Origin: Malacoraja senta | Lineage: Eukaryota | Assembly: GCA_038087875.1 (NCBI GenBank) | Contig: JAXLNO010000972.1 | Coordinates: 1-64,000, forward strand | DNA: 64,000 nt | Reading direction: 5' to 3' | In this document: one piece after another, positions 22,966 through 33,850 of the stretch | How the letters are laid out: each line of letters begins with the position of its first letter | How positions within the stretch are numbered: position 1 is the stretch's first letter | Notes under the pieces: model-generated | Told to the model about the DNA's origin: nothing | Databases searched by the model: none | Seen by the model: only the letters and a program-made list of their open reading frames with translations | Made by a program: the position numbers and the translations under genes

Positions 22966-24290
22966 AGGAATGATAGAAGGGGTCCCAACAAATACAAGGG
23001 AATGATGTATTCCTAAGGAACTATTTACTGGCAGTATCTCGTTCTATTACAGAATTAAGAACCAAGGGGCTGCTGGCACAGAGTCCCCATCTCGAATTTC
23101 CAATCCATTATGTGAAAGCGGGGGCTGGGATCTTGTAACATCATGGAAGGAAGAAAAGCTGCAACCTAAGTGGACTGGACCATACCTGGTGTTACTAATC
23201 ACCGGGACAGCAGTACGAACAAAAGAAAAAGGGTGGACACACGCAAGCCGATTTAAGGGTCCTGTGGAGGCCCTACCAAACAATATCAGCCCGTGGACTG
23301 TGCGCAAAGGAGAGGAACCATTGACTTTAATATTTAACAAGAACCTGCGGGAAAAATGAAGATTTCGTGTTGGTGGGTCGTGTGTTGGGTGGTTACCCAA
23401 CTATGTAAGCATACAGAGTGTTCAAATGCAAGAAAGTGGAAGGATGTGCAGATAGAACAGGGAGAATGAGTCTAAGGGTTTGAAGATAATGATAGTAGCA
23501 GGAGAAACAGAATTAAGGCAATTATATGAGGAGGGAATACCTACAGGAGGGAAGGGAGCCAACACCTGGCTTGCCTGGATGTTGTACACGGCCAGGAGTA
23601 TGCAACACACCAATTGCTACGCCTGTGCCGGAGCTAAGCCTCAGCTGGTTCCAGAACCATTTCCCTTGAATTGGGATAGGACACCTGGGGCTATGTCATG
23701 TATACTACAGCTATTCACGAATCCCATCCTACCAAAGGATGCGACCTGCCAGAGTTATCATTACCTATTCCCGGCTAGCAACAACAATACAAAGGGCCGA
23801 AGGACAGCCCCTTCGACACACACGTATATATAGATGCGATAGGGGTGCCAAGAGGGGTACCCGATGAATTCAAAGCCAGAAACCAGAGACCTGCGGGCTT
23901 TGAGTCCATACTCTTCTGGTGGTCCACACTTACTAAAAATGTGGACTGGATCAACTACCTATGCTACAATCAACAACGCTTTATAAATTACACTCGAGAT
24001 GCGGTTGAAGGATTAGCGGAACAACTGACAGATACCAGCCTAATGGCCTGGCAAAATCGCATGGCCTTAGACATGCTACTGGCTGAGAAGGGAGGGGTGT
24101 GTGTAATGTTTGGGGAACAATGTTGCACCTTCATCCCCAACAACACTGCCCCTGATGGGTCAGTATCGAGAGCCCTAGCAGGCCTCACCTCCCTGTCTAT
24201 CGACTTTTAAACACAGTATGACCAGCGAGAGGAAGATAAGGAGGTGAAGATTCTGCTGCTAGCATTAGAGAAGGGGCAGATATTCTAAAT
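22966..24290 (+). pseudogene. env: IN C-terminus plus internally deleted env of ERV copy 2
   Basis: env ATG at 23356. At least four deletions relative to copy 1, including the furin site and the TM anchor. ISD and CX6CC are retained in ORF 23845-24210. Confidence 0.92.
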
Positions 24291-25054
24291 CAAAGATTGC
24301 AGTAGCAAAAGTAAAAGTGTGGATTGTGAGAAAGGAGTTAATAGGTATAAGTTGATTTAGACAAGAACCCTTTGTATAGTAGGGAGTATAGTAGGGAGGA
24401 TAGGGGAAGTGAAGGACGAGTACAGTTGGTGACTTTTCAAGGATGAGAACAGAGAAGATAGCAACAGCCCAGCATAGAACTAGGGTAAGGGTCAGAAGAA
24501 ACACTCAGTGCGCATGGGCAATGAACTTACATGAATATGTACACACACCCACTATGACAAGATGTCTCATTTAAATGCACATGCGATGCATGATATGGGA
24601 GGTGTCTTTGACGTCAGGTGGACGTTCCAGGACGTTCTCGTGGGAATGTGGGCTTTATGTTATGATTGGAAGAAGCACAATGGGGAGGGATGAGGGTGTG
24701 ACAATGATACCCATGAAATGTATAAAGATAGAAGTCATCCCGATCCTCGGTGTGCCTCTAGGGGACATCAGAGGAGAGGCACCTATTCTGCAGAATATGA
24801 TTTGAATAAAAAGCTTCTTTGCTGACTTTGTCTCTAAAAGTGTTTGTGATTTTTGAATCTCACAATAGGATTGTTTATTTAAGTACTGTTGTACGGGGGT
24901 CTGTTTTAGAGGTGACACCGGGCTCGCGGCCCAGTTGGGATGATGGCTGCACAAAGACAATAAAGTTCAAGCAAGACTGCTTTAATTGTCCATTTTGTAT
25001 CGTCCAGATAGACCAAGAACATAATGAAACATACTCCAGGTGTGGTCTCAGCAG

Positions 25055-25950
25055 GGATGGAGGGAGAGGGAGAGAGAGATGGGCAGAGAGGGGGAGATAG
25101 AGAGGGAGGGGAGAGAGACGCAGAGAGGGGGAGAGAGAGAGGCAGAGGGGGAGAGAGAGGGGAGAGAGGGGTGAGAGAGGGATAAAGAGAGGGGGGGAGA
25201 GAGAGCGGGGGAGAGAGAGGGGGAGATAGGTCAGCCATGGTTGCAAGGCGGAATGGACTCAGTAAGTTGGCGATATGCAGAGAACTGCCCCGCTGACTAC
25301 AAATTCAGAAAAGTCTAATGGAGACAATGCCAAGTGTGGGCTAGCAGTAGTGAAATGGGCCGAAGGGCCTTTTCCGGACGCTCTGTGCTCCCCGTATCCA
25401 CCCCATTGTCCCGCAAGGTCGGTTTGGTGACTTTGGGGGAGTTTTTGGGGCAAATGGTTTGGAAATGAGACAGAAATCGGCCTGCAAGGGTCACATTAAG
25501 CGTGGATATAGTGTGAGTTATAAATTGTGGGGAACCGCCTGCCAGCGCCTGTGCATGCTCCCCCTGCTGCATTATAGTGAATGCATGCATCACTGGCTGC
25601 ATTGCTGCCTCCCCCGCTGCATGGTAGCGCTTTTATCTTTACCTGCTCTTCACAGCTGCATTCCCGAGGCGATTCCGGCGGGAGAGGGGACGCTTTAGGA
25701 CCAGCGCACCGGGGCTGGCAAAGCGGGTCGGCGGGTCTCAGGCGTCCGGGTGGAGGGCGAAACGCCGAATGGTGGTTCCGGGGTGTTTTTTTTTGTTTTT
25801 TTGGTGCATTGAGGGTGGGATGGATAGGAAAAAGGAGGGAGGGAGGGAAGAGAGGGAGAGAGGAATAGAGGGAATAAGGAAGAGAGGGATAGAGAGAGAG
25901 AGAGGGAAGAGAGGGAGAGAGGAGAGAGAGGGAAGAGAGGGATAGAGAAG
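25055..25950. repeat. Segment A copy 2, with GA-rich tracts on both sides
   Basis: Homologous to 9450-10105, with indels. Purine tracts at ~25055-25225 and ~25830-25950. Confidence 0.85.
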
Positions 25951-26266
25951 TATCCACGGGCGCTGTGTGTACGGAGTTTGCACGTTCTCTCTCTCATGAC
26001 CTGCGTGGGTTTTCTCCGGGCGCTCCGGTTTCCTCCCACCAGGGCCGGATATACGTATGAGCCAGACAAGCTTAGGTTTAGGGCCTCGAGATCTAGGGGG
26101 GCCCCGGCCCGCTCCACCAAGGTGTATAAAACTTTTGACATAGTGGCGTTGTTTCGAACCGTACCATCGGTAGCGTTGTGTTTGCGATTCAGGAGGCTTT
26201 GGTGTTGTGTGGGGGGGGGAGGGGAAATAAAATGCAGATGAGGTTTATATTCGTTGTGCAGAGGGC

Positions 26267-27015
26267 ATAGAAACATAGAAAATAGGTGCAGGAGTAGGCC
26301 ATTCGGCCCTTCGAGCCTGCACCGCCATTCAATACGATCATGGCTGATCATCCAACTCCGTATCCTGTAGCTGCCTTCTCTCCATACCCCCTGATCCCTT
26401 TAGCCACAAGGGCCACATCTAACTCCCTCTTAAATATAGCCAATGAACTGGCCTCCACTACCTTCTGTGGCAGAGAATTCCACAAATTCACCACTCTCTG
26501 TGTAAAAATTGTTTTTCTCATCTCGGTCCTAGAAGATTTCCCCCTTATCCATAAACTGTGACCCCTTGTTCTGGACTTCCCCAACATCGGGAACAATCTT
26601 CCTGCATCTAGCCTGTCCAACCCCTTAAGAATTTTGTAAGTTTCTATAAGATCCCCCTCAATCTTCTAAATTCTAGCGAGTACAAGCCGAGTCTATCCAG
26701 TCTTTCTTCATATGAAAGTCCTGACATCCCAGGAATCAGTCTGGTGAACCTTCACTGTACTCCCTCTTTGGCAAGAATGTCTTTCCTCAGATTAGGAGAA
26801 CAAAACTGTACGCAATACTCCAGGTGTGGTCTCACCAAGATCCTGTGCAACTGCAGTAGAACCTCCCTGCTCCTATACTCAAATCCTTTTGCTATGAATG
26901 CTAACATACCATTCGCTTTCTTCACTGCCTGCTGCACCTGCATGCCTACTTTCAATGACTGGTGTACCATGACACCCAGGTCTCGTTGCATCTCCCCTTT
27001 TCCTAATCGGCCACC
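26267..27015 (-). mobile_element. CR1 LINE 3' end
   Basis: catagaaacatagaaa tail. Minus-strand ORFs include LVRPHLEYCVQF and FTQRVVNLWNSLP. Confidence 0.93.
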
Positions 27016-27019
27016 ATCG

Positions 27020-27320
27020 CCTCAGTCCACCCACCTGCCTTCCTCCGGCCCCAACCCTCATCCCTGCCGTGTGTTCACCATCCCCCCTGACCACACCCTC
27101 TCAGATACCGAACGGTCTGTCCTCAGCAGAGGCCTCACCTTTGTCCCCCTCCGTCCCCACCTCAATGAGTTCCGCGCCCGCCTCGATTTGGAGCTCTTCT
27201 TCCCTCACCTCCGCCTCACACCGTTCTTCCATGGGAAGGAGTCCTCGCCCCCATTCATGATCCCTTCTCCCATGTCCAACGGACCCCATCCTCTTGGATC
27301 CCCCCCCCCTCATGGCCATT
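27020..27320 (+). mobile_element. Penelope-like element fragment (N-terminal to RT)
   Basis: FTIPPDHTLSDTERSVLSRGLTFVPLRPHLNEFRARLDLELFF contains the L.KGL.F.P motif of Penelope elements. Confidence 0.7.
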
Positions 27321-27329
27321 GGGATGGTC

Positions 27330-27660
27330 AATGACGGAGTTGAAGGGAAAGAGAGTAAAGGGAGGGTTAATGACCCCAGAATTGATCCTCTCCACATCCA
27401 CTCTATCCAAGCTTTTCACTATTTGGTATGATTCAATGAGGTCCCCCCTTATTCTTCTAAAATCCAGCGAGTACCGGTCCACTGCCATCAAATGCTCATC
27501 ATATGTTAATCCATTAATTCCTGGGATCATTCTTGTACACCTCCTCTGGACCCTCTATAGAGCCAGCACATCCTTCCCCAGATATGGTGCCCAAAATTGC
27601 TCACAATGCTCCAAAAGTGGCTTGACTGGTGCCTTATAGAACCTCAGCATTACATCCCTG
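27330..27660 (-). mobile_element. CR1 fragment
   Basis: Minus strand gives LRFYKAPVKPLLEHCEQFWAPYL and MIPGINGLTYDE. Confidence 0.85.
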
Positions 27661-27989
27661 CTTGACAGGGAGAAAATGCAATTGATGTCTTTCATATTAG
27701 TTAACCATGGATTTTCTTGACCACAGTTGACAGCCCCTAATGGGATTGCGTCTCTTTCACACATCTCTATAGAGCATAGCGTTAAGCTTCGAAGGGCAAA
27801 ATTTACACGAGTTGTGCAGGTCAAGTGTTTTTTTGCAGAGAGAGCTTGATACCTAGAATGCGCTACCAGGAGTGGTGGTAGAGGAGGACATGATAATGGT
27901 GCTTAAGAAAGTTTTGGACAGGCTTGTGGTTATGCAGGGAATACAAGGATATGGATCACATGCAGGCAGTGGAGATGAGTTTTGGTTTA

Positions 27990-28272
27990 GTTTAGAGATA
28001 GAGTATGGAAACAGGAACTTTGGCCACTGAGTCCACATTGACCAGCAATTGCCCATTCACTATTTCTGTCCGACAAGCTAGGGACAATTTACAGAAGCCA
28101 ATTAACCTACAAACCTGCACGTCTTTTGTATTTGGGAGGAAACCGGAGCCCCCAGAGAAAACCCACAGGGTGACAGAGGGAACGTACAGACTCCGTCCAG
28201 ACAGCACTCTAGTCAGGATCGAACCCGGGTCTCTAATGCTGTAAGACAGCCACTCTATCACTGTGCCTCTGT
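27990..28272 (-). mobile_element. tRNA-derived elasmobranch SINE (HE1/SacSINE-like)
   Basis: Core gacccgggttcgatcctgact...ctccggtttcctccca...gtaaattgtccc on the minus strand. Confidence 0.8.
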
Positions 28273-28339
28273 GTTGCCTCAGTTTAACTTGGTATCCTGT
28301 TCGACATGGACATTGCACACTGAAAGTCCTGTTCTTGTA

Positions 28340-28930
28340 CTGTTCTATGTTCTATATATTCTCATTGGACAGGGCAGGGATATGTTTTCCACTCCTCCAG
28401 CCTCCATGTTGAATACTTACTCCCAGTTTAAATCTGATTCAATTAGTCAACCCATTTCTCCCTCCCCTCCTGCCCTGATCCCCATTCTATATCTTGAAGT
28501 AGTCATTCCCTTTTTCACTCCCTGGTCTGTCTACTATTCCCACAACTTTCCTCTACTTTCCTGTCTTGGTGCATGCAACATCTATCCATTTACCTCTTCC
28601 CTTCCCACTCTCCATAGACCCAGGTAGTTCTTCAAAGTGAAACAGCGTGAAACACTAGCACTTCCAGTCAAATCTACTGCATTTAGTTTTCATGACGTAA
28701 TCTTCCACATGGCATCAATGAAACAAATTGAGTGGCTGCTTTCTGGAGAACCTGCATTCAATCCATGGGACTTTCTAAGATTCCTAATTCCTGCCACTCT
28801 AATTCTCCATTCAACACCCACCATGATCCATCCATCTGTGCCTCTTACACTAGGATAACAAGGGTGAAAGTAACCTTGAGGACCAACAACTCAGCTTCTG
28901 TCTGGACATGTTGCAGCCTTTCAAACTCAA
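28340..28930 (+). mobile_element. Degraded Penelope-like 3' region (GIY-YIG side)
   Basis: By-eye similarity to Penelope fragments that recur in chondrichthyan DNA. Heavily mutated. Confidence 0.45.
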
Positions 28931-30009
28931 TTACACATTCAACGAGTTGCATTCCCTGTCGATAAAAGAACTGGTCATTTCAACTGTTAAGTTGAAGTCA
29001 GAAAGAACAGATGCAAGAAGTATGAAACAAGATCCCAAGCTGAAACATTACATAACCATGTCTTCCAGATGCTGCCTGTGCCACTGAGTTATACCTGCAC
29101 GTTTTTGTGTTGTTTTAATTACAGTTAAGTTATCCACCTGCAAAATCAGGACAGCCTGACCTACTTGAGTACTGCAGTATGTGCTGCATTTTATATAACT
29201 CTGTTTAGTTTCATGCATGCAGAGATGCAGTGAAATGGTTTGGATGGAACAGCAGATGCTGGACACCCCGTCCCTTCTCTCCAGAGATGCTGCCTGTCCC
29301 GCTGAGTTACTCCAGCTTTTTGTGTCTATCTGCAGTGAAATGGTTGTTCTGCATTCTCTCCAGTCAAGTCATACTGTACATAAGTACAATACGTCCACTT
29401 CTGGAACAGCACGCAGAGATCCACCACATTCCAGGACTATCTTGCAGCTTTCAAGTCTCTGAAAAGTCTGATTTTGCCCTAAGGAAATACCCAATTTCTA
29501 ATTTTCTCATGTTAAGGCCCAGTGTCATAACAGCACTGGATTGATGAAGTAGAGGCGCCTGCCTCAGTTAAAGTTTTTCTGTTTCAAGATTGTGACCGAA
29601 CCCTCGTCACTGGAACTGTGCCGCAGTGCCACCCATTACGTATCAGTCCCAATTATCTTTCAACATGCTGGAATCACTTGTTTTTTTATCCTTTTTAGAC
29701 TTTTTTCATGAATTGTTCAGCATAAACAGTTATGCTACAACAGTTAAGAGCAGCTACCACTTAGTTCCAGAGACGTAACAACACAAGAGATAGTGTTGGA
29801 AGAATGATCAAACTCACACATAGTGGTTATTAGTAACTTTGCAGAGGAAACACAAGGTGCTTTCTGCTCAGCATGCTTACTACCAGTCTACCAGAGAGAG
29901 AGAGAGAGAGAGCTGTCTAATAAGCCTGTGGGCGGAGCCACAGTATGAGTGACACTAATCTACAGATAGGCACAGGGGTAAGTTTTGGTTTATTATTGTC
30001 ACGTTTAGT

Positions 30010-30272
30010 TTCGAGGTACAGCATGGAAATAGGCCTTTTGGCCCACTGAACCTGTGCTGACTAACGACCACCCAAATATTAGTTCTATCCTACACACTAG
30101 GGACAATTTACAGAAGCCAAAAAACTTACAAACCTGCACGTCTTTGAATGTGACGGAAGTGTAGCACCCGGAGATAACTCACATGGTCACAGAGAGAATA
30201 TATGAATTCTATATAGACAGCACCCATTGTCAGGATTGAACTTTGGTCTGTGGTACTGTAAGGCAGCAACTT
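30010..30272 (-). mobile_element. HE1/SacSINE-like SINE
   Basis: Same core as 27990-28272. Confidence 0.75.
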
Positions 30273-31530
30273 TCCAGGTAGTTGCATGCTATCCAATTGG
30301 ATGAGATAACAACATACATATATATGATCAAGTCAACTCAAGTACTGAAGGTAGAGCAAAGGGGAAGGTACAGAGTGTGGCATGTAGTTCTCAGCAATGT
30401 AGCACACCAGTTCCATTAGATAAGGGTTTTGACACAAAACGTGACACATTCCTTCTCTCCAGAGATGCTGCCTGCCCCGTTGAGTTACTCTAGCATTTTG
30501 TGTCTATCTGCGGTTTATACCAGCATCTACAGTTCCTTCCTGCATAGTTCCATAAACAATGTCCACTGTCTGTAATGGGGTAGTGGTCAATTGGACAGTA
30601 TCCTAGCTTATGGAACGATCATTCAGAATCCTGATTTTCTCCTCAGTTATCAAGTAAGCCATTTGGTCCTCTAACCTGCCCACCATTCAATATGACCATG
30701 GCTGATGTTCCTCAGGCATCAACTCCTGTTCGGTGCCAGTTCCTCATTGCACTCAATTCTCCAATCTTTCAAAAGTTTAACTACCGCCATATTAAATGCT
30801 TCCAATGATTTTGTCTTCACAAATCTCTGGCGCCACACTCTGCAAAAAGAGATTTTGTAAACAAATGACTGGTCTCTTTTATCTCTTATTGAAGAGGAGT
30901 GAAAATACTGCCAATTTTAAGTTTGTCCCCTCCCCAATTGGCCCTCATTTCGTAACGTGTCAATTATTCATTATTGTCAATAATGTGCCCTAGTGAAAAG
31001 ATTTGCTGTTGGTATTAGTTTATTATTGTCACGTGAACTGAGATATAGTCAAAAGTTTGTCTGTGTGTTATCCAATCAGATCATACTTCACATGTGCAAT
31101 CAAGCCATCCACAAGTAGATCAGTGCAAAGAGAAAAATATTCAGAGTGCAGAATACCGGGTTACAATATTATGGCATTACAGTTGCAGAGAAAGTGCAGA
31201 TCAAAAAGAGTAGCAAGGATCACAATGAGATTGGTTGGAAGATCAGGGCAACATCTTATCTTACATGAGAACCATTCAGTAGTCCAATAACAGCGGGGAA
31301 GAAGCTGTTCCTGAATTTAATGGTACGTACTTCCAAACTTTCTTGTGTACTGTCTTAACAGGGAGGGTACGATCCCTTTTAAACCACGTGTTTGGTTAAT
31401 GGTGACGAAAGAGGCAAAATGGGGCAGATGCGGACAGTAACTTGGTGGTTGTAGTAGACTGAAGAATATTTTGTGATGGGTGACTGCACGTTTTACTGAA
31501 GATGAAAATAACCAACTTACTGTCTTGTAG

Positions 31531-31797
31531 TTTCCCCTGAGGTCACTCTCGCTGCCCGCCCTGATGATCATTCAGTCCTGTACTGCACTGTGTTTGGATT
31601 TTACCCACCGGCCATCAAAGTCAGCTGGTTGCAGAATGGTCAACATGTCTCTGAGACGAAATCTTCTGGGGTCATACCCAACAACGATGGAACATATCAT
31701 CTAAGGTCTGTCCTTGAGTATGATCCGTATGATGGGAAACAGTATTCCTGTCATGTCGATCACAGCAGCCTGCCCGGTGGCAAGACCATCATCTGGG
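31531..31797 (+). CDS. MHC class I-like heavy chain alpha3 exon (Ig C1-set)
   Basis: ttgtag acceptor, gtaag donor, phase 1/1, 267 bp and open. Translates to VSPEVTLAARPDDHSVLYCTVFGFYPPAIKVSWLQNG...GVIPNNDGTYHL...YSCHVDHSSLPGGKTIIW, with C..GFYP, PNxDGT and YxCxVxHxSL motifs. Lacks the class II beta NGDWT motif. Confidence 0.88.
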
Positions 31798-31872
31798 GTA
31801 AGAACGTTAAATATTCTTTCATAGATAATCATTATCTTCTGTTGTTTCCATTTTAATCATTGTGACTACATC

Positions 31873-32913
31873 GAGGTATGTTACAAAACTTACCTTCAGC
31901 GGCGCTGCAGTTCTGTCACTGCCCGTGTGCGCGACTTTGGCGCCTTTGAGAGGGGGGCGGGTTTAAAATGCGATATTTCGGCAGCCTGTTCTAAACGATC
32001 TTGAACAGGCTAAATAGTTGATGAAGAAAAATCGCTTCGACTGCCGTTTTATTAAGTTTATTAATATTAGCGCTTTATAATTTAATTGTTGGAGTAAAAT
32101 TAAAATCATCTTCAAATGCCGTAAACGCCGACAACGGGGACGGATTTCACGCACGGGACAAGGCAAGGTACACCATTTATTTTTTCATATACACTTGCTT
32201 CTTAGGATGCCTTTAATAAAAATGTCAGGTTGCGAAAATGTGATTATTTAAATATACCAACCGGCAGTATTTTTCCTGCCGATATTGGGGTTTAATTCAG
32301 TGCAACCGCAGCGTTCCAAACCAGCGCGTTCCACAAAATCCCACTCGCAAGATGATTTAAATGGCCATTAATTTACAGGAATTAAACACGAAATTCCTTC
32401 CATTTGGCCTATAAATTAATGACAATGAGATTTAAAAATAATGTTATATTGTGAATTCTTGTGTGAATGTTATTTGGACACTTAGGCTTTTTAAAAATGT
32501 TAACTTTTTCTTAAGAAATAGATAGATATTTAGATCTAGTAATTGAATTTTGTAATTAGCTACAATTGGGTAACTAACTAATTATATGGTTTAATTTCAG
32601 GTCATCCAAGTAAGATTGTTTCATATTTGTTTCAGAATGCTTCAATCTATAATAACTGAAAATGTCATTAAGTTCTCTTAATTTTTAAGAAAGTTATCGG
32701 CTTTTGACTGTCCTTGATCACAGCTTTTGTGTTAAGTCAATGGAAAAGCAATAGGGAACAAGATGCTAATTTCCGAGTATGAAAATGGCCAAACTTTTTT
32801 AATACAGAAGATATGAAAGTGGATTAGGTGTCAAATTAAACTTCTTTTTATACTTTATCTGATGCGATAAATGGCAGACTTGATTTTTAAAATCTCAAAA
32901 TTTTGTGACATTG
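31873..32913. mobile_element. ~1.04-kb non-autonomous DNA element with imperfect terminal inverted repeats
   Basis: Ends aggtatgttacaaaactt and (rc) agcaatgtcacaaaattt match at 14/18. CTACATC occurs at both flanks (31866-31872, 32914-32920). Confidence 0.6.
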
Positions 32914-33214
32914 CTACATCCCATGTAGTACATCCCATATTCCAAGATGCTTAAACTTTCTTTGTTTAGTGGTGTTGCTCTAAGTAATCACGTAATCAGC
33001 ACCCACTCCACATGAGCAGAAGACTTTGTCAACAGAAAATTTATTAAATGTTAGTAAATAAATAACTAATATACAAGGAAGGAGTATTTGGGATTCTCAG
33101 TGGTGGAACTGATATCCATGAAAGGTATGTTTAAATATAAAATGAATCTTTCCTCATGATGTGATTAACAGCAAGGCACTGGGGGAGTACATGCCCCAAA
33201 TTTGAATCAATAGT

Positions 33215-33850
33215 CTGAAGTGGAAATGATTGAGAGCTTCGTGTTCCTTGGCATGAATTTATCCAATATTCGGTCATGGACTGACCACATAGCCAAGGAG
33301 GCACACCGACACCTCTACTTCCTCAGGAGACTGAGAATATTCATCATGTCTCTGGTGACTCTAGCAAACATCTATAGATGCCGCTAGAGAAAGCATGTTG
33401 TTGGGTTGCATCACATCTTGATTTTGGAACTGCACTGCCCAAGACTGCAAGAATATACAAAGAGTTAAAGATCATCCCACAGGCCAGACTTCCCAATGTT
33501 GACCCAATCTACACCAGGTTGCCTTGGAAAACTAGACTTATCACACCTTTCTCACATTCCTCCTTCCTGCTCCCATCAGGCAATAGGTACTGAAAGTTGA
33601 AAATAAGCACTGCCAGACTCAGGAACACCCCCTTTCCACCTGTTAACAGGCTTCGGGTCCTTCCATAATGTAGGTTTAATGCCCGATTCACCTCAACCTC
33701 ATTGAACATTGAACATTTTCCATGGAACTGATGTGTTACAATGCTGAGAACTATATTCTGTACTCTGTATCCTCCTCTTTGCTCTATCTATTGATTTTGA
33801 GTTTTTTATTTATTTATAGTATTATCTAATTTGTTTGGATAGCATACAAA
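33215..33850 (+). mobile_element. Rex-Babar-type LINE 3' fragment
   Basis: Degenerate ESFVFLG...HRHLYFLRRLR...LANIYRC, followed by a 3' UTR ending aataaaactaaacct. Confidence 0.7.

Larger units (their letters stand above)
14566..24864 (+). mobile_element. ERV provirus copy 2, complete LTR to LTR, lacking PR/RT/RNase H
   Basis: LTRs at 14566-15106 and 24325-24864 (about 8 substitutions and 1 indel). 4-bp TSD ATAG (14562-14565, 24865-24868) inside the Gypsy-2 3' LTR. Degenerate tRNA-Pro-like PBS tgagggctcgtctcggga at ~15112. Confidence 0.95.
10106..25031 (+). mobile_element. Gypsy-2: Mag-like LTR retrotransposon whose 3' LTR is split by ERV copy 2
   Basis: 5' LTR 10106-10281 (TGTAAC...GAAACA). 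PBS TGGTGGCAGCGGTGG at 10282-10296 (tRNA-Leu). PPT before 14555. 3' LTR is 14555-14565 plus 24869-25031. Confidence 0.92.

Noticed and set aside
23356-24210. Deleted env of ERV2 as a co-opted secreted immunosuppressive-domain protein
   Set aside because: The signal-peptide frame stops after ~37 codons (MKISCWW...EQGE*) and is not joined to the ISD ORF, so there is no route to secretion.
26040-26130. Possible hAT MITE left end (cagggccggat...)
   Set aside because: No matching right end or TSD was found.
31531-31797. C1 exon as beta2-microglobulin, MHC class II or an Ig constant domain
   Set aside because: It is followed by a TM exon (not b2m), lacks class II beta NGDWT and the Gly-patterned class II TM, and has the PNxDGT strand typical of class I alpha3. 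Not fully excluded without a phylogeny.
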